Below are positions 26,645 to 35,771 of a DNA stretch of 64,000 nt, one piece after another. The DNA is from an uncultured bacterium (GTDB lineage Bacteria; Edwardsbacteria; AC1; EtOH8). Numbering within the stretch: position 1 is the first letter of the stretch; each line of letters begins with the position of its first letter. The stretch covers positions 54,403 through 118,402 of the forward strand of contig CAZFJC010000005.1 of NCBI GenBank assembly GCA_964518765.1, given 5' to 3'. The notes under the pieces were generated by a model. The model had not been told where the DNA came from, did no database searches, and saw nothing but the letters and a program-made list of their open reading frames with translations. The translations under genes and the position numbers were made by a program.

Positions 26645-27838
26645 TTATCGGCAGATCCTGCGGAAGAGACGGCCGGACTTGAGCAGCCTCTCCTCCTCCA
26701 AGCCTATCTCCTCTTTCTCGTCGGTTATCCTGCGGTCATCCACGTGGACCGCACCCTGTCTCACCAGCCGGCGGGCCTCGGAATTGGTCTTGGCAATGCC
26801 GGTATCAACCAGGGCCTTGATTATCCAAACCTGTGGCATTCCAAAGGAATGGCGGGCGATTTCGTCGGGCAGGCCCCTCCGGCTGAATACCCTGGCAAAC
26901 TCCTCTTCGGCCTGTCTGGCCTTCTCCGGTCCATGGTAAACTTCCACGATGGCCCGGGCCACCTCAGCCTTGAGATCCCTGGGATTTTCGGACTTGAGGC
27001 GCTTCTCCAGCCTTCCGAGTCTCTCATCGTCATAGAATGCGGCCAGCAGGGCGTAGTCGCGGATGGAGGAATCGGGGATGGACATGGTTTTGCCGAACAT
27101 CTCGCCGGGGCTGTCCTTGATGGCGATGTAGTTGCCCAGCGATTTGCTCATCTTCTGCAACCCGTCGGTCCCGGTGAGGATGGGCATGGTCAGGCAAACC
27201 TGCGGCTCCTGGCCCAGCTCCTGCATCAACTCCCGGCCAGCCAGGAAATTAAAGTACTGGTCCGAGCCGCCCATCTCCACGTCGGCCTCCAGGTGCACCG
27301 AGTCGTAGGCCACCATCACCGGGTAGAGGAATTCGTGGACGCCGATGGCCGTCTCGCCCCTGAATCGTTTGGAGAAGTCGTCGCGCTCCAGCATCCGGGC
27401 CACGGTAAAGGCCGAGGTCAGCTTCAGGATCTCGGCCATGGTGAGCCTGCCCAGCCAGTCGTTATTGTAGACCACTCGGGTTCGCTCCCGGTCCAGCAGC
27501 AGGTAGACCTGCTCCATGTATGTCCGGGCGTTCTCCTTCACCTGCTCGGCCGACAGGGGCTTTCGGGTCTCCGACTTGCCGGTGGGGTCGCCGATGCGGG
27601 CGGTGAAGTCGCCGATGACGAAGACCACCTGGTGGCCCAGGTCTTGGAACTCCCGTAGCTTGCGGAAGCAGACGGCGTGGCCCAGGTGCAGGTCGGGTGC
27701 CGAGGGATCGGCCCCGTACTTGATTTTGAGCGGCTTGTTCTCCTTTAGGGACCGCTCCAGTTTCAGCATTAAGAGCTCTTCGGGCACCAAGTTCACCGTG
27801 CCCCGCTTGATGATGTCGAATTGTTCCTTGGCGTTCAT
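26645..27838 (-). CDS. tyrS: tyrosine--tRNA ligase (type 2, Thermus-like)
   Basis: HLGH and KMSKS motifs (PDLHLGHAV..., KMSKSLGN) and a C-terminal S4-like domain. Start at MNAKEQFDII. Confidence 0.9.
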   Translation of the reverse strand: MNAKEQFDIIKRGTVNLVPEELLMLKLERSLKENKPLKIKYGADPSAPDLHLGHAVCFRKLREFQDLGHQVVFVIGDFTARIGDPTGKSETRKPLSAEQVKENARTYMEQVYLLLDRERTRVVYNNDWLGRLTMAEILKLTSAFTVARMLERDDFSKRFRGETAIGVHEFLYPVMVAYDSVHLEADVEMGGSDQYFNFLAGRELMQELGQEPQVCLTMPILTGTDGLQKMSKSLGNYIAIKDSPGEMFGKTMSIPDSSIRDYALLAAFYDDERLGRLEKRLKSENPRDLKAEVARAIVEVYHGPEKARQAEEEFARVFSRRGLPDEIARHSFGMPQVWIIKALVDTGIAKTNSEARRLVRQGAVHVDDRRITDEKEEIGLEEERLLKSGRLFRRICR

Positions 27839-28015
27839 GTCAGTTTTCAGACCGCTTCCCACTTTTGTTAGGAATCCAGGAATGCATGAATTACTTTGAA
27901 TTATTCAATTTGCCGAACAGCTCTTGGTGATAAGCATATTCGCATGATGGGAATTGAGATTGCCGGCGGTTTTATCTTCCTGCGTTCCTGGCTTCCTTAT
28001 AGAATAGAAACGAGA

Positions 28016-29374
28016 TCAATTGATTTTCTGCTCCACCGCCGGCCTGCCCTTCAGCGCCTGGCGCCGGCCTACGATCCTGGAGAAGTCGTTGAACAAGGTG
28101 TAGGCCACTAGCAGCAGCAGCAGGGTCACCCCCACCTGCTGGATAACGGCCTGTACCTTGCCCGGCAGTGGCCTTTTTCTCGCCCCCTCTAGCAACGAGA
28201 AGAAGATGACTCCGCCGTCCAGCACCGGCAACGGCAGTAGGTTGAGGACGAAAAGGCTGACCGACAGCACCGCCATCAGCTGCAGCAGGTCGGACAGCCC
28301 TTTCTTGGCCGACTGCCCGGCCATCTGGCCGATCATCACGAACCCCCCCAGCTGTTGCGAGGCCGCCTTGGGCCTGGTAACCAGCTGTCCCAAAAAAACG
28401 TAGGTCCGCACTGTGGCCGCCAGGGTGTTGGCCGTCCCTAAAAGGACCGCCTGGTGAAGAGGCCACCTTACCGTGTAGCTGCCGTAGGAAGGCGGTGAAA
28501 TGCCGATGACCCCCACCGTGCCCTGTCCCGGAAGCTGCTGGGGTATCGGCGTCACGTCTATATTAATGGTGTCGGCCCCGCGCTTTACCTTCAGCCTGAC
28601 CGTTCTCTCGGAGTTGGCGTAGATTATGGTCCGCATCTCGTCCCAGGTGGCCACCGGTTTGTCGTCGATGGCCAGGACCAGGTCGCCTTTCTGCATGCCA
28701 GCCTGGTAGGCCGGCGCTCCGACCACCAGCTCACCCAGCTCCGGCTCGATGGCCGGGCCCATGGATCCCAGGAGTTCCTCCCTGCCTGCGGTCGGCACCA
28801 TCACCCCCAGCTCGGCGCCGCCGCGCCGCAGGACCAGGGCCAGGCTGTCGCCTATCCCCTGGAGGCCTCTGGGCCAGGCCTCCTCAAGCTGATGCCAGGT
28901 GCTAACCGGTGTCCCGCCGAGGGAGACCACATAGTCGCCGGGAAGAATGCCGGCTTTTTCTGCTAAGCTTCCTTTTTTCACGGTCCCCACCAGCGTGGCA
29001 TAGTCGGGAAGCCGCACGCCGATGACGCCCACCAGTGACAGCAGCAGAAAGGCGGTGACCAGGTTGGCCCCGGGGCCGGCGAAGGCCATCAGCACCCGGC
29101 CCCACCAAGGTGCGGCCATGTAGTCGCCCGGCTTGGCAGCGTAGCCCACGTCGAAGGCTTCCTCCCCGGCCATCTTGACGTAACCGCCGAAGGGCACGGC
29201 CGAGATCTTGTACATGGTCTCACCGCGTCTGAAGCCCAGGATCTTCGGCCCGAAACCCAGAGAGAAGGTAAGCACCTTTATCCCGATCCTCCGGGCCGCC
29301 CAGAAATGGCCCAACTCGTGGACGAAGATGAGGATGCCCAGCACGAAGGCGGTGGATAAAACGGTAATGGCCAT
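28016..29374 (-). CDS. rseP: RIP site-2 metalloprotease RseP
   Basis: HELGH motif in TM1, PDZ domains, LDGG motif. Confidence 0.9.
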   Translation of the reverse strand: MAITVLSTAFVLGILIFVHELGHFWAARRIGIKVLTFSLGFGPKILGFRRGETMYKISAVPFGGYVKMAGEEAFDVGYAAKPGDYMAAPWWGRVLMAFAGPGANLVTAFLLLSLVGVIGVRLPDYATLVGTVKKGSLAEKAGILPGDYVVSLGGTPVSTWHQLEEAWPRGLQGIGDSLALVLRRGGAELGVMVPTAGREELLGSMGPAIEPELGELVVGAPAYQAGMQKGDLVLAIDDKPVATWDEMRTIIYANSERTVRLKVKRGADTINIDVTPIPQQLPGQGTVGVIGISPPSYGSYTVRWPLHQAVLLGTANTLAATVRTYVFLGQLVTRPKAASQQLGGFVMIGQMAGQSAKKGLSDLLQLMAVLSVSLFVLNLLPLPVLDGGVIFFSLLEGARKRPLPGKVQAVIQQVGVTLLLLLVAYTLFNDFSRIVGRRQALKGRPAVEQKIN

Positions 29375-29408
29375 TTGGCTTTTTCTTTATATTAATCCGA
29401 TTTTGGTA

Positions 29409-31283
29409 TCAACGAATCTCCATGAGAAACCCAATTTCCGTCTGCCTGGAGGATTCTAACTGGTATTGACGCTGCAGGTAGGCCAGCTTCAATTCGGCGC
29501 TCAGCAGTTCGGCATGGATGTAGCGTATCAGTATCGCGTCGCGCCTGCCGGCCCCAAACAGGGGATGAAAGGACCCGCTTCCCCTCAGCTCCGGTTCGTT
29601 TTGATAGATGGCAGCCTCGTAACTGTCGGTGCGGAACAGCGAGCTTTGGGCCCGCAGGTGGAAGGAATTGCCGCCCCTCCATCCAAAACCGGCCGAAAGC
29701 ATCTCTCCGTTTTCGATATCTCCCCGGGATGGCCGGTGCCGGCTAGCCGCGTAGTCGGTGGAGATAACGAATCCCCGGCCCGCCGTCCAGTCCATAGAAC
29801 CTCTGACCGTTTGCCGACGTTCCCTCGCCTCCCACCACCAGCCATCGGATTCCTCCAGGCGTTCCTTCTCACCGATCTTGAGACGAAAAGCGGCCTTCAA
29901 ATTTTTTATTATACCATTATCCATTTTAAAATCCAATAGAAAACCGCCGTGCCCGCCTTCTACGGCCGAGGAGGCGGACCAGGGTCGGAACCAATGGAAC
30001 AAGGCGGAGATCGTCGTAGCTGCCGGCAGCCAGGATTTGTGGAACAGGGCCGCCCCTTGTTCGTCGTCGCCGCCGTAAACCTGGTAGCTATTGAACCTCG
30101 GCGCCAGGTACCCTGGCTGGTAGGCATAGACCAGCAGGGCGGCCTCGGTGTTCGAAATCCTCGAACCGGCCACCGCGCTGAAGGCGCCCCTGCTTCCGTC
30201 GTTGGCGGCCGCCTCGAATGACAGGTGCCCGGCCCCGCCCCTTATGCCCCCGGAGACGCTTGCCCCGCCGCGGTAGTCAAGCGATTCGGCCGTCTGCGGA
30301 CGGTATGAGCAAACGTAGGCCAGGCTACCCAGCCAAAGGCTTCCATCCGTCTCCCAGTGCAGCGATATCGTCCCCAGCCTCTCCTCGGCGTTGTTTTTCC
30401 TGGACAGCTCCGTCTCGGTCCGGTGGTATCCGTCCCGGTAGAGATGGGCTAGCCGTCCGTTGCTGTCGACGCGGGAGTCCACCCGCCTTGACGAGGCCGA
30501 GGCCAAGAACCTCCAACCGCCCATCCTCAACCAGCCAGCTCCGCCGCGCAAAGCCGACCATTCGTTGGCCGAAGTGTTTATGGCCAGCCTTGTTTTCCCA
30601 GCCGGCCTGGGGAGGCAGCCGGGATAAAGAAAAGTTGGCGAGGAGCCTCCGAAGGCTAGGCCCAGGCCCGAAATTAGCTGGTAATCCCCGGCCACCGCCT
30701 CGAAACTGCCCCGGCGGCCCCGGTAGCCGGCGGCGGCAGACCAGTAATCCAGCCAGTTCCCCTCCCCCCTGTCCTTCTGGGTCTGCAGGCAGGCCGACCA
30801 GCCCTCCTGTCCGATCAAGCTCAGGCGCTGCCTGTTGCCCCAAGGCTCGGGCTCGGCCGTGTAATCAGCACTCCATGACCTCTGCCACCAAGTGGCCAGC
30901 GAAGGTTTTTCGCCTCGGCGCGTTTTTCCTTCTATATATATATAGGGTAGGATCGCCTCCATCGTGGCCTGATCGACCACCCCCTCGTCCGTCAGCCGGT
31001 AGGGGTCGGAGACCGGCCCGCCCCTAAGGCGGTTGTAGATACGCAGCGCCTGGGCCGGGCTCAGCCAGGGGATCAACATCATCTCCTCGGGGGTGGCCCG
31101 ATTGAGGTCGATGGGGTTGTCCAGCAGGTATTCCAGCAGCTCGGACAGCTCCTCGGAATCGGTCTCGGCCTCCATCTCCGGAGCCTCCTGGCCCCAGGCG
31201 GCCGATGCCAAAAGCAAAACCAGTATGGCCATGGCCGCCATCGTTGGATCGAGTGGGATTCTTATCATCGACTGGCTGGACAC
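29409..31283 (-). CDS. secreted hypothetical protein with an N-terminal ComEA-like helix-hairpin-helix motif and a large C-terminal domain of unknown function
   Basis: Signal peptide MAAMAILVLLLASAAWGQ, then IDLNRATPEEMMLIPWLSPAQALRIYNRLRGGP (ComEA/HhH_3-like), then ~480 aa rich in G/W/Y/R with no recognisable family. Confidence 0.6.
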   Translation of the reverse strand: MSSQSMIRIPLDPTMAAMAILVLLLASAAWGQEAPEMEAETDSEELSELLEYLLDNPIDLNRATPEEMMLIPWLSPAQALRIYNRLRGGPVSDPYRLTDEGVVDQATMEAILPYIYIEGKTRRGEKPSLATWWQRSWSADYTAEPEPWGNRQRLSLIGQEGWSACLQTQKDRGEGNWLDYWSAAAGYRGRRGSFEAVAGDYQLISGLGLAFGGSSPTFLYPGCLPRPAGKTRLAINTSANEWSALRGGAGWLRMGGWRFLASASSRRVDSRVDSNGRLAHLYRDGYHRTETELSRKNNAEERLGTISLHWETDGSLWLGSLAYVCSYRPQTAESLDYRGGASVSGGIRGGAGHLSFEAAANDGSRGAFSAVAGSRISNTEAALLVYAYQPGYLAPRFNSYQVYGGDDEQGAALFHKSWLPAATTISALFHWFRPWSASSAVEGGHGGFLLDFKMDNGIIKNLKAAFRLKIGEKERLEESDGWWWEARERRQTVRGSMDWTAGRGFVISTDYAASRHRPSRGDIENGEMLSAGFGWRGGNSFHLRAQSSLFRTDSYEAAIYQNEPELRGSGSFHPLFGAGRRDAILIRYIHAELLSAELKLAYLQRQYQLESSRQTEIGFLMEIR

Positions 31284-31325
31284 GAGGAAGATGCTTATCT
31301 CTTTATCGAGAACACGTTTGGACCG

Positions 31326-32219
31326 TTAGGATGCAGTCGCCGAAAGATAAACTCCGGCCAGAATGAGGACGCCCCCGGCGATCTCTCTCGTAGTGGGCGC
31401 CTGCCCCAGCAGCAGGAAGGCCAGGACCGTGGCCCCGATGGGCTCGGCCACGATCATCATGGCGATCCTGGAGGCCGGCAGGAATCTCAGCCCCCAGTTG
31501 AAGACGGTGTGGCCCAATATCTGGGGCCCCAGGGCCAGGGCCAGGAACAAACTCCAGGTGCGGCCGTTGAAGCCCCAGAGCCTTTCGCCCGCAGCCAGGC
31601 CGGCAGCTAGTAGAAGCAGGGCGGTGGCCGTGTAACAGACGGTGGCATATCCGACCACCCCCAGACCCTGTCTCATCCTTCTACCGGCCAGCAGGTAGAG
31701 CGAGGCCATCAAGGCCCCGCCCAGAGCCAATAGGTTTCCGGCCATCGCCCTTCCGCCGGCCTGGATGGCCCCGCCGCCTATCAGCAATCCCCCGGCTATC
31801 ACCAGCACTATGGCGGCCCCCAGCCTCCAGCTTACCCTCTCCCCCAGAAACAGCCAGCCCAGTATCCCCACGAAGAGCGGGTTCAAGGTCACCAGGACTA
31901 CCGAGCTGGCCACGGTGGTAAACTCCAGGGAGTAAAGCCACAGCCCAAAGTGCATGGCCAGGAAGAGGCCGGACAGCAGGGCGCCGGTGAGCTTTTTCCT
32001 GTCGAACGAACTCCATCCCCTATTCGCCATAAAGGCTGGCCACAGCATCAGGCTGGCCAGACCCAGGCGATAGAAGGCCACCGCCAGGGGCCCCGCCCGG
32101 CAGAGCTTGATGAGGACGGCGGCGCTGGAGATGGAGGCTATTCCCAATGCCATCATCGCCCAAAGGTAGGGGGGACTTTTTCCCAATGTTGGCTGACGAG
32201 CAGAGGAGATGGCCTCCAT
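31326..32219 (-). CDS. EamA-family (DMT superfamily) transporter
   Basis: Ten predicted TM helices in two EamA repeats. Confidence 0.8.
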   Translation of the reverse strand: MEAISSARQPTLGKSPPYLWAMMALGIASISSAAVLIKLCRAGPLAVAFYRLGLASLMLWPAFMANRGWSSFDRKKLTGALLSGLFLAMHFGLWLYSLEFTTVASSVVLVTLNPLFVGILGWLFLGERVSWRLGAAIVLVIAGGLLIGGGAIQAGGRAMAGNLLALGGALMASLYLLAGRRMRQGLGVVGYATVCYTATALLLLAAGLAAGERLWGFNGRTWSLFLALALGPQILGHTVFNWGLRFLPASRIAMMIVAEPIGATVLAFLLLGQAPTTREIAGGVLILAGVYLSATAS

Positions 32220-32244
32220 CTCCTCTGCTCCTGCTCCCTTTGAT

Positions 32245-33825
32245 TTACAGATCCTTTCGCCTCACCAGGGAATCCCGGAGCCATCTGGCATCGTCCTGGA
32301 CCGGGTGGTCCTGGTTATAATGAAGGCCTCGCGACTCCAGCCTGGCAGCGGCACACTCGATCACCAACCTGGCCACGGTGGAGATGTTCCTGAGCTCGGC
32401 CAGCTCCTCGGCCACCCGGTATCGCCAGTAGTAGTCCCGAATCTCCTCCTCGATCACCGCCAGCCTCTGCCCGGCCCTGAACAGCCGCTCATCGCTGCGG
32501 ACCACCCCTACGTAATCGGACATCAGCTGCCTGATGCTCTGGCGGTTGTGGCGGACCACCACCTTCTCCCGGCTGGGCACCGATCCCACGTAGTCCCATC
32601 CTGGCGCAGAGGCGGAAGGCCGATCTTCCTCCATGGCCGCCAGGGCCGCCCGGCGGGCGAAGACCAAGGCCTCAAGAAGCGAGTTGGAAGCCAGGCGGTT
32701 GGCGCCGTGCACCCCGTGGCACGCCGTTTCCCCGGCGGCATACAGCCCTTGGATATCGGTCCGACCGAAGAGGTCGGTCCTCACCCCGCCGCAGATGTAA
32801 TGGGCGGCCGGCACCACCGGTATCCGCAGTTTCTCAAGATCGATGCCGCGCTCCCGGCAGCCCTGGGTGATGTTGGGAAAACGCCTCTGGAAGCGCTCCA
32901 GTCCAATGGGTGAGATATCTAGTTCGACGCAGGGGTCCCCGGTGGACTTGAGCTCTGTGTCTATGGCCCGGGCCACCACGTCCCGTGGCGCCATCTCCCG
33001 CCGCTGGTCGTAGACGTCCATGAAGGCCTTGCCCCGGCGGGTGCGCAACACCGCCCCCTCGCCTCTCACTGCCTCGGATATCAGAAAGCAACGTTCGTTC
33101 TCGTCCGGCAGGCTCTGGTAGAGGGCGGTGGGGTGGAACTGGACGAACTCCATGTTGGCCACCGTGGCCCCGGCCCGGTAGGCCATGGCGATACCGTCTC
33201 CGGTAGCGATGGGAGGGTTGGTGGTATGCAGATAGGTCTGTCCCATGCCCCCGGCCGCCAGCAGGGTCCGGCCCGAATCCAGGGTCTCCATCTCCTGGGT
33301 ATTTGGGTCGAGCACGTAGGCTCCCAGGCAGCGGGTCCGGCCTCCGCTCCGGTCCACGATCAGGTCGACCGCCAGGTGGTGTTCCAGCATCCTGATATTG
33401 GAGCAGGCCCGGGCCCGCTCCACCAGCACCCGCTCGATCTCCCGCCCGGTGTAGTCTCGGGCGTGGACGATGCGGCGGTGCGAATGCCCGCCCTCGCGGC
33501 CAAGGTCGAAGCTGCCGTCCGGTGCCTGGCTGAACCCCACCCCCATCTTGAAAAGCTCGCGCACCAGGATCGGGCCCTCGGCCGCCATGGCCGCCACCGC
33601 CTCGGGGTTGGAAAGTCCGCAGCCGGCCCTGATGGTGTCCTCGATGTGGGAGCGGACGTCGTCGTCCGGCCCCATCACCGCCGCCACCCCGCCCTGGGCG
33701 AGGTTGGTGTTGGAGTCGCTGCCGGCCTTCTTGGTGACCAGGGCCACCGTCCCCCGCTCGGCCGCCTTCAGGGCGAACGACAGGCCGGCGATGCCGGAGC
33801 CGATGACCAGGAAGTCGCTTTTGAT
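32245..33825 (-). CDS. nadB: L-aspartate oxidase; N-terminus extended beyond the track ORF to an apparent AUC start
   Basis: FAD Rossmann fold DFLVIGSGIAGLSFAL lies upstream of the GTG called by the track. Between the cdsA stop (TAA) and that motif there is no in-frame ATG, GTG or TTG. GGAG sits 7 nt before ATC AAA AGC GAC TTC CTG GTC ATC GGC. Body has NadB motifs (RGEGA, HY.CGG). Confidence 0.8.
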   Translation of the reverse strand: MKSDFLVIGSGIAGLSFALKAAERGTVALVTKKAGSDSNTNLAQGGVAAVMGPDDDVRSHIEDTIRAGCGLSNPEAVAAMAAEGPILVRELFKMGVGFSQAPDGSFDLGREGGHSHRRIVHARDYTGREIERVLVERARACSNIRMLEHHLAVDLIVDRSGGRTRCLGAYVLDPNTQEMETLDSGRTLLAAGGMGQTYLHTTNPPIATGDGIAMAYRAGATVANMEFVQFHPTALYQSLPDENERCFLISEAVRGEGAVLRTRRGKAFMDVYDQRREMAPRDVVARAIDTELKSTGDPCVELDISPIGLERFQRRFPNITQGCRERGIDLEKLRIPVVPAAHYICGGVRTDLFGRTDIQGLYAAGETACHGVHGANRLASNSLLEALVFARRAALAAMEEDRPSASAPGWDYVGSVPSREKVVVRHNRQSIRQLMSDYVGVVRSDERLFRAGQRLAVIEEEIRDYYWRYRVAEELAELRNISTVARLVIECAAARLESRGLHYNQDHPVQDDARWLRDSLVRRKDL

Positions 33826-33842
33826 GTCGGATCTCCGAGCTT

Positions 33843-34727
33843 TTATAATACTATCTTAATATACCAATAAACTGCCGGGGCGGCGAACATCATACTGTCG
33901 AACCGGTCCAGCACCCCGCCGTGGCCCGGCAGCAGAGACCCCGAGTCCTTGACGCCAGCCGCACGCTTCAGCCTGGATTCCACCAGGTCCCCCAGAGTTC
34001 CGAAGGCGGTCACTATCACCGCCAGCGCCAGGGTGTGCCATGGACCCAGACCCAGGCGCCACCTGGCCTCAAGGCCGACGGCCGCGGCCGCGGTGGCCAG
34101 AAGCCCGCCGGCCAGGCCCTCCACCGTCTTGTTGGGGCTGATGTCTGGAGCTAGCTTGCGGCGACCGAACAGCAGGCCGGTGAAGTAGGCCCCGGTGTCC
34201 CCTATCCAGACCAGGGCCATGGTCCAAAACAGGAGCCAGAAGCCCCTCTCGTGGGATCCGGTTTGCAGCAGATGGGTCAGGAATCCCCGGGGCGGGGTTA
34301 ATTCCCGCAGCAACAATAGATGTCCCAGCATGGCTGGGATGTAGGCCAAGCCCAACAGGCAAAGGCCCGCCTCCTTGGCTGAATCCGTTCGCCCGTCATT
34401 GGCCAGAACCAGTGCGAGCAGGACCAGCACCCACAGCACCGCGGCTCCGATGGGCAAGCCGGGAGAGTTAAAATAGGTTAGAGCCAGCAGGACCCCGGAC
34501 GTTCCCCACAGCCAGACAGGCCTCCTTAAACCGCCGCCGAACAAGCTGGCGAATTCCTGGAAGCCTATGAGCGACAGGGCCAGCGCCAGGCCGAAAAGCC
34601 ACCAGCCGCCCAGCCAGGCGGCCCCGGCCATCAGCGGGATGCCCAACGCGGCCACCGCCAGCCGCACCCCGAGGGTGTCGAACCTGCCGCCTTGGCGCCC
34701 CGCCCCTCCGCTTCCACTGTCAGCCAT
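33843..34727 (-). CDS. cdsA: phosphatidate cytidylyltransferase
   Basis: CTP_transf_1 signature (SPNKTVEG...GDLVES.LKR...KDSG...PGHGGVLDRFDS). Confidence 0.85.
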   Translation of the reverse strand: MADSGSGGAGRQGGRFDTLGVRLAVAALGIPLMAGAAWLGGWWLFGLALALSLIGFQEFASLFGGGLRRPVWLWGTSGVLLALTYFNSPGLPIGAAVLWVLVLLALVLANDGRTDSAKEAGLCLLGLAYIPAMLGHLLLLRELTPPRGFLTHLLQTGSHERGFWLLFWTMALVWIGDTGAYFTGLLFGRRKLAPDISPNKTVEGLAGGLLATAAAAVGLEARWRLGLGPWHTLALAVIVTAFGTLGDLVESRLKRAAGVKDSGSLLPGHGGVLDRFDSMMFAAPAVYWYIKIVL

Positions 34728-34763
34728 TATTCTTCTGCTTAACTAGGTTGCTCATCAAGGGGA

Positions 34764-35513
34764 TCATATTTTTCCGAAGCGCCGCTCCCGGCCCCGGTAG
34801 TCGTCCAGCGCCTTGAGCAGCTCCTTGCGGTCGAAGTCTGGCCAGAGCGTCTTGGTGAAGTACAGCTCCGTGTAGGCGCCCTGCCAGATGAGAAAGTTCG
34901 ACAGGCGGTATTCCCCCGAGGTTCTGATGATTAGGTCAGGGTCCGGTATCTCAGGGTGATACAGACTGCGGGACACCGCCGCTTCGTCGATCTGTTCCGG
35001 CTTCAGCTTTCCAGCGGCCACCTCGGAGGCCAGGGACTTGAAGGCGTCCACCAGCTCCGCCCGGCCGCCGTAGGACAGGGCCAGGTTGAGCACCAGGCCG
35101 AGGTTGCCGGCCGTTCTATCCATGCCCTTCTGAAGCAGTTTCCGGGCGTTGGGCTCGATGTCGTCCAGCCGGCCGCTGACCACCACTTTGACCCCCTTGG
35201 CGTCCAGCTCGTCGATCTCCCTGACCACGCTCTCGCCCAGAAGGCGCATCAAGCCGCTGACCTCGGCCCTGGGCCGCATCCAGTTCTCCACCGAGAAGAC
35301 GTAGATGGTCAGGTATTTGATGCCCAGCTCGCCGCAGGCGGTGACGATCCTCTTGACCGCCCCCACCCCGGCTCGGTGACCAGCCAGACGGGGCAGCCCG
35401 CGCTTTCTGGCCCAGCGCCCGTTGCCGTCCATGATGATGGCTATGTGGACCGGCATGCTGGAACGGCCCTGGGGCCGGCGGCCTAGCTTTGTTCTCTCAG
35501 CTTTAAAGTCCAT
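34764..35513 (-). CDS. uppS: isoprenyl transferase (undecaprenyl-PP synthase)
   Basis: HIAIIMDGNGRWA...SVENW.RP motifs. Confidence 0.9.
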   Translation of the reverse strand: MDFKAERTKLGRRPQGRSSMPVHIAIIMDGNGRWARKRGLPRLAGHRAGVGAVKRIVTACGELGIKYLTIYVFSVENWMRPRAEVSGLMRLLGESVVREIDELDAKGVKVVVSGRLDDIEPNARKLLQKGMDRTAGNLGLVLNLALSYGGRAELVDAFKSLASEVAAGKLKPEQIDEAAVSRSLYHPEIPDPDLIIRTSGEYRLSNFLIWQGAYTELYFTKTLWPDFDRKELLKALDDYRGRERRFGKI

Positions 35514-35594
35514 AAGCGAAAAGCGCTACCCCTCGCCGGCCCTGTTCCTCCACCCGGCCGGTCGGAGCGCGCCCCTTCGGAATCGGTTCTGTCC

Positions 35595-35762
35595 TCAGCT
35601 CTCTTTGATGGCGTTGACCGGGCAGCTGTCCACGCAGGCGCCGCAGTCCACGCAGTCGTCGGTTATCTCGTACCGGTCCTCGCCCTCGATAATGGCCCCG
35701 TTGGGGCAGGAGTCAACGCAGCTGCCGCAGGAGACGCAATCCTCGGTGATGACGTATGGCAT
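35595..35762 (-). CDS. small 2x[4Fe-4S] ferredoxin (55 aa), not in the ORF track
   Basis: Minus-strand translation MPYVITEDCVSCGSCVDSCPNGAIIEGEDRYEITDDCVDCGACVDSCPVNAIKES carries two CxxCxxCxxxCP motifs; AGGAGG RBS 6 nt upstream. Confidence 0.75.
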   Translation of the reverse strand: MPYVITEDCVSCGSCVDSCPNGAIIEGEDRYEITDDCVDCGACVDSCPVNAIKES

Positions 35763-35771
35763 GAACCCCTC

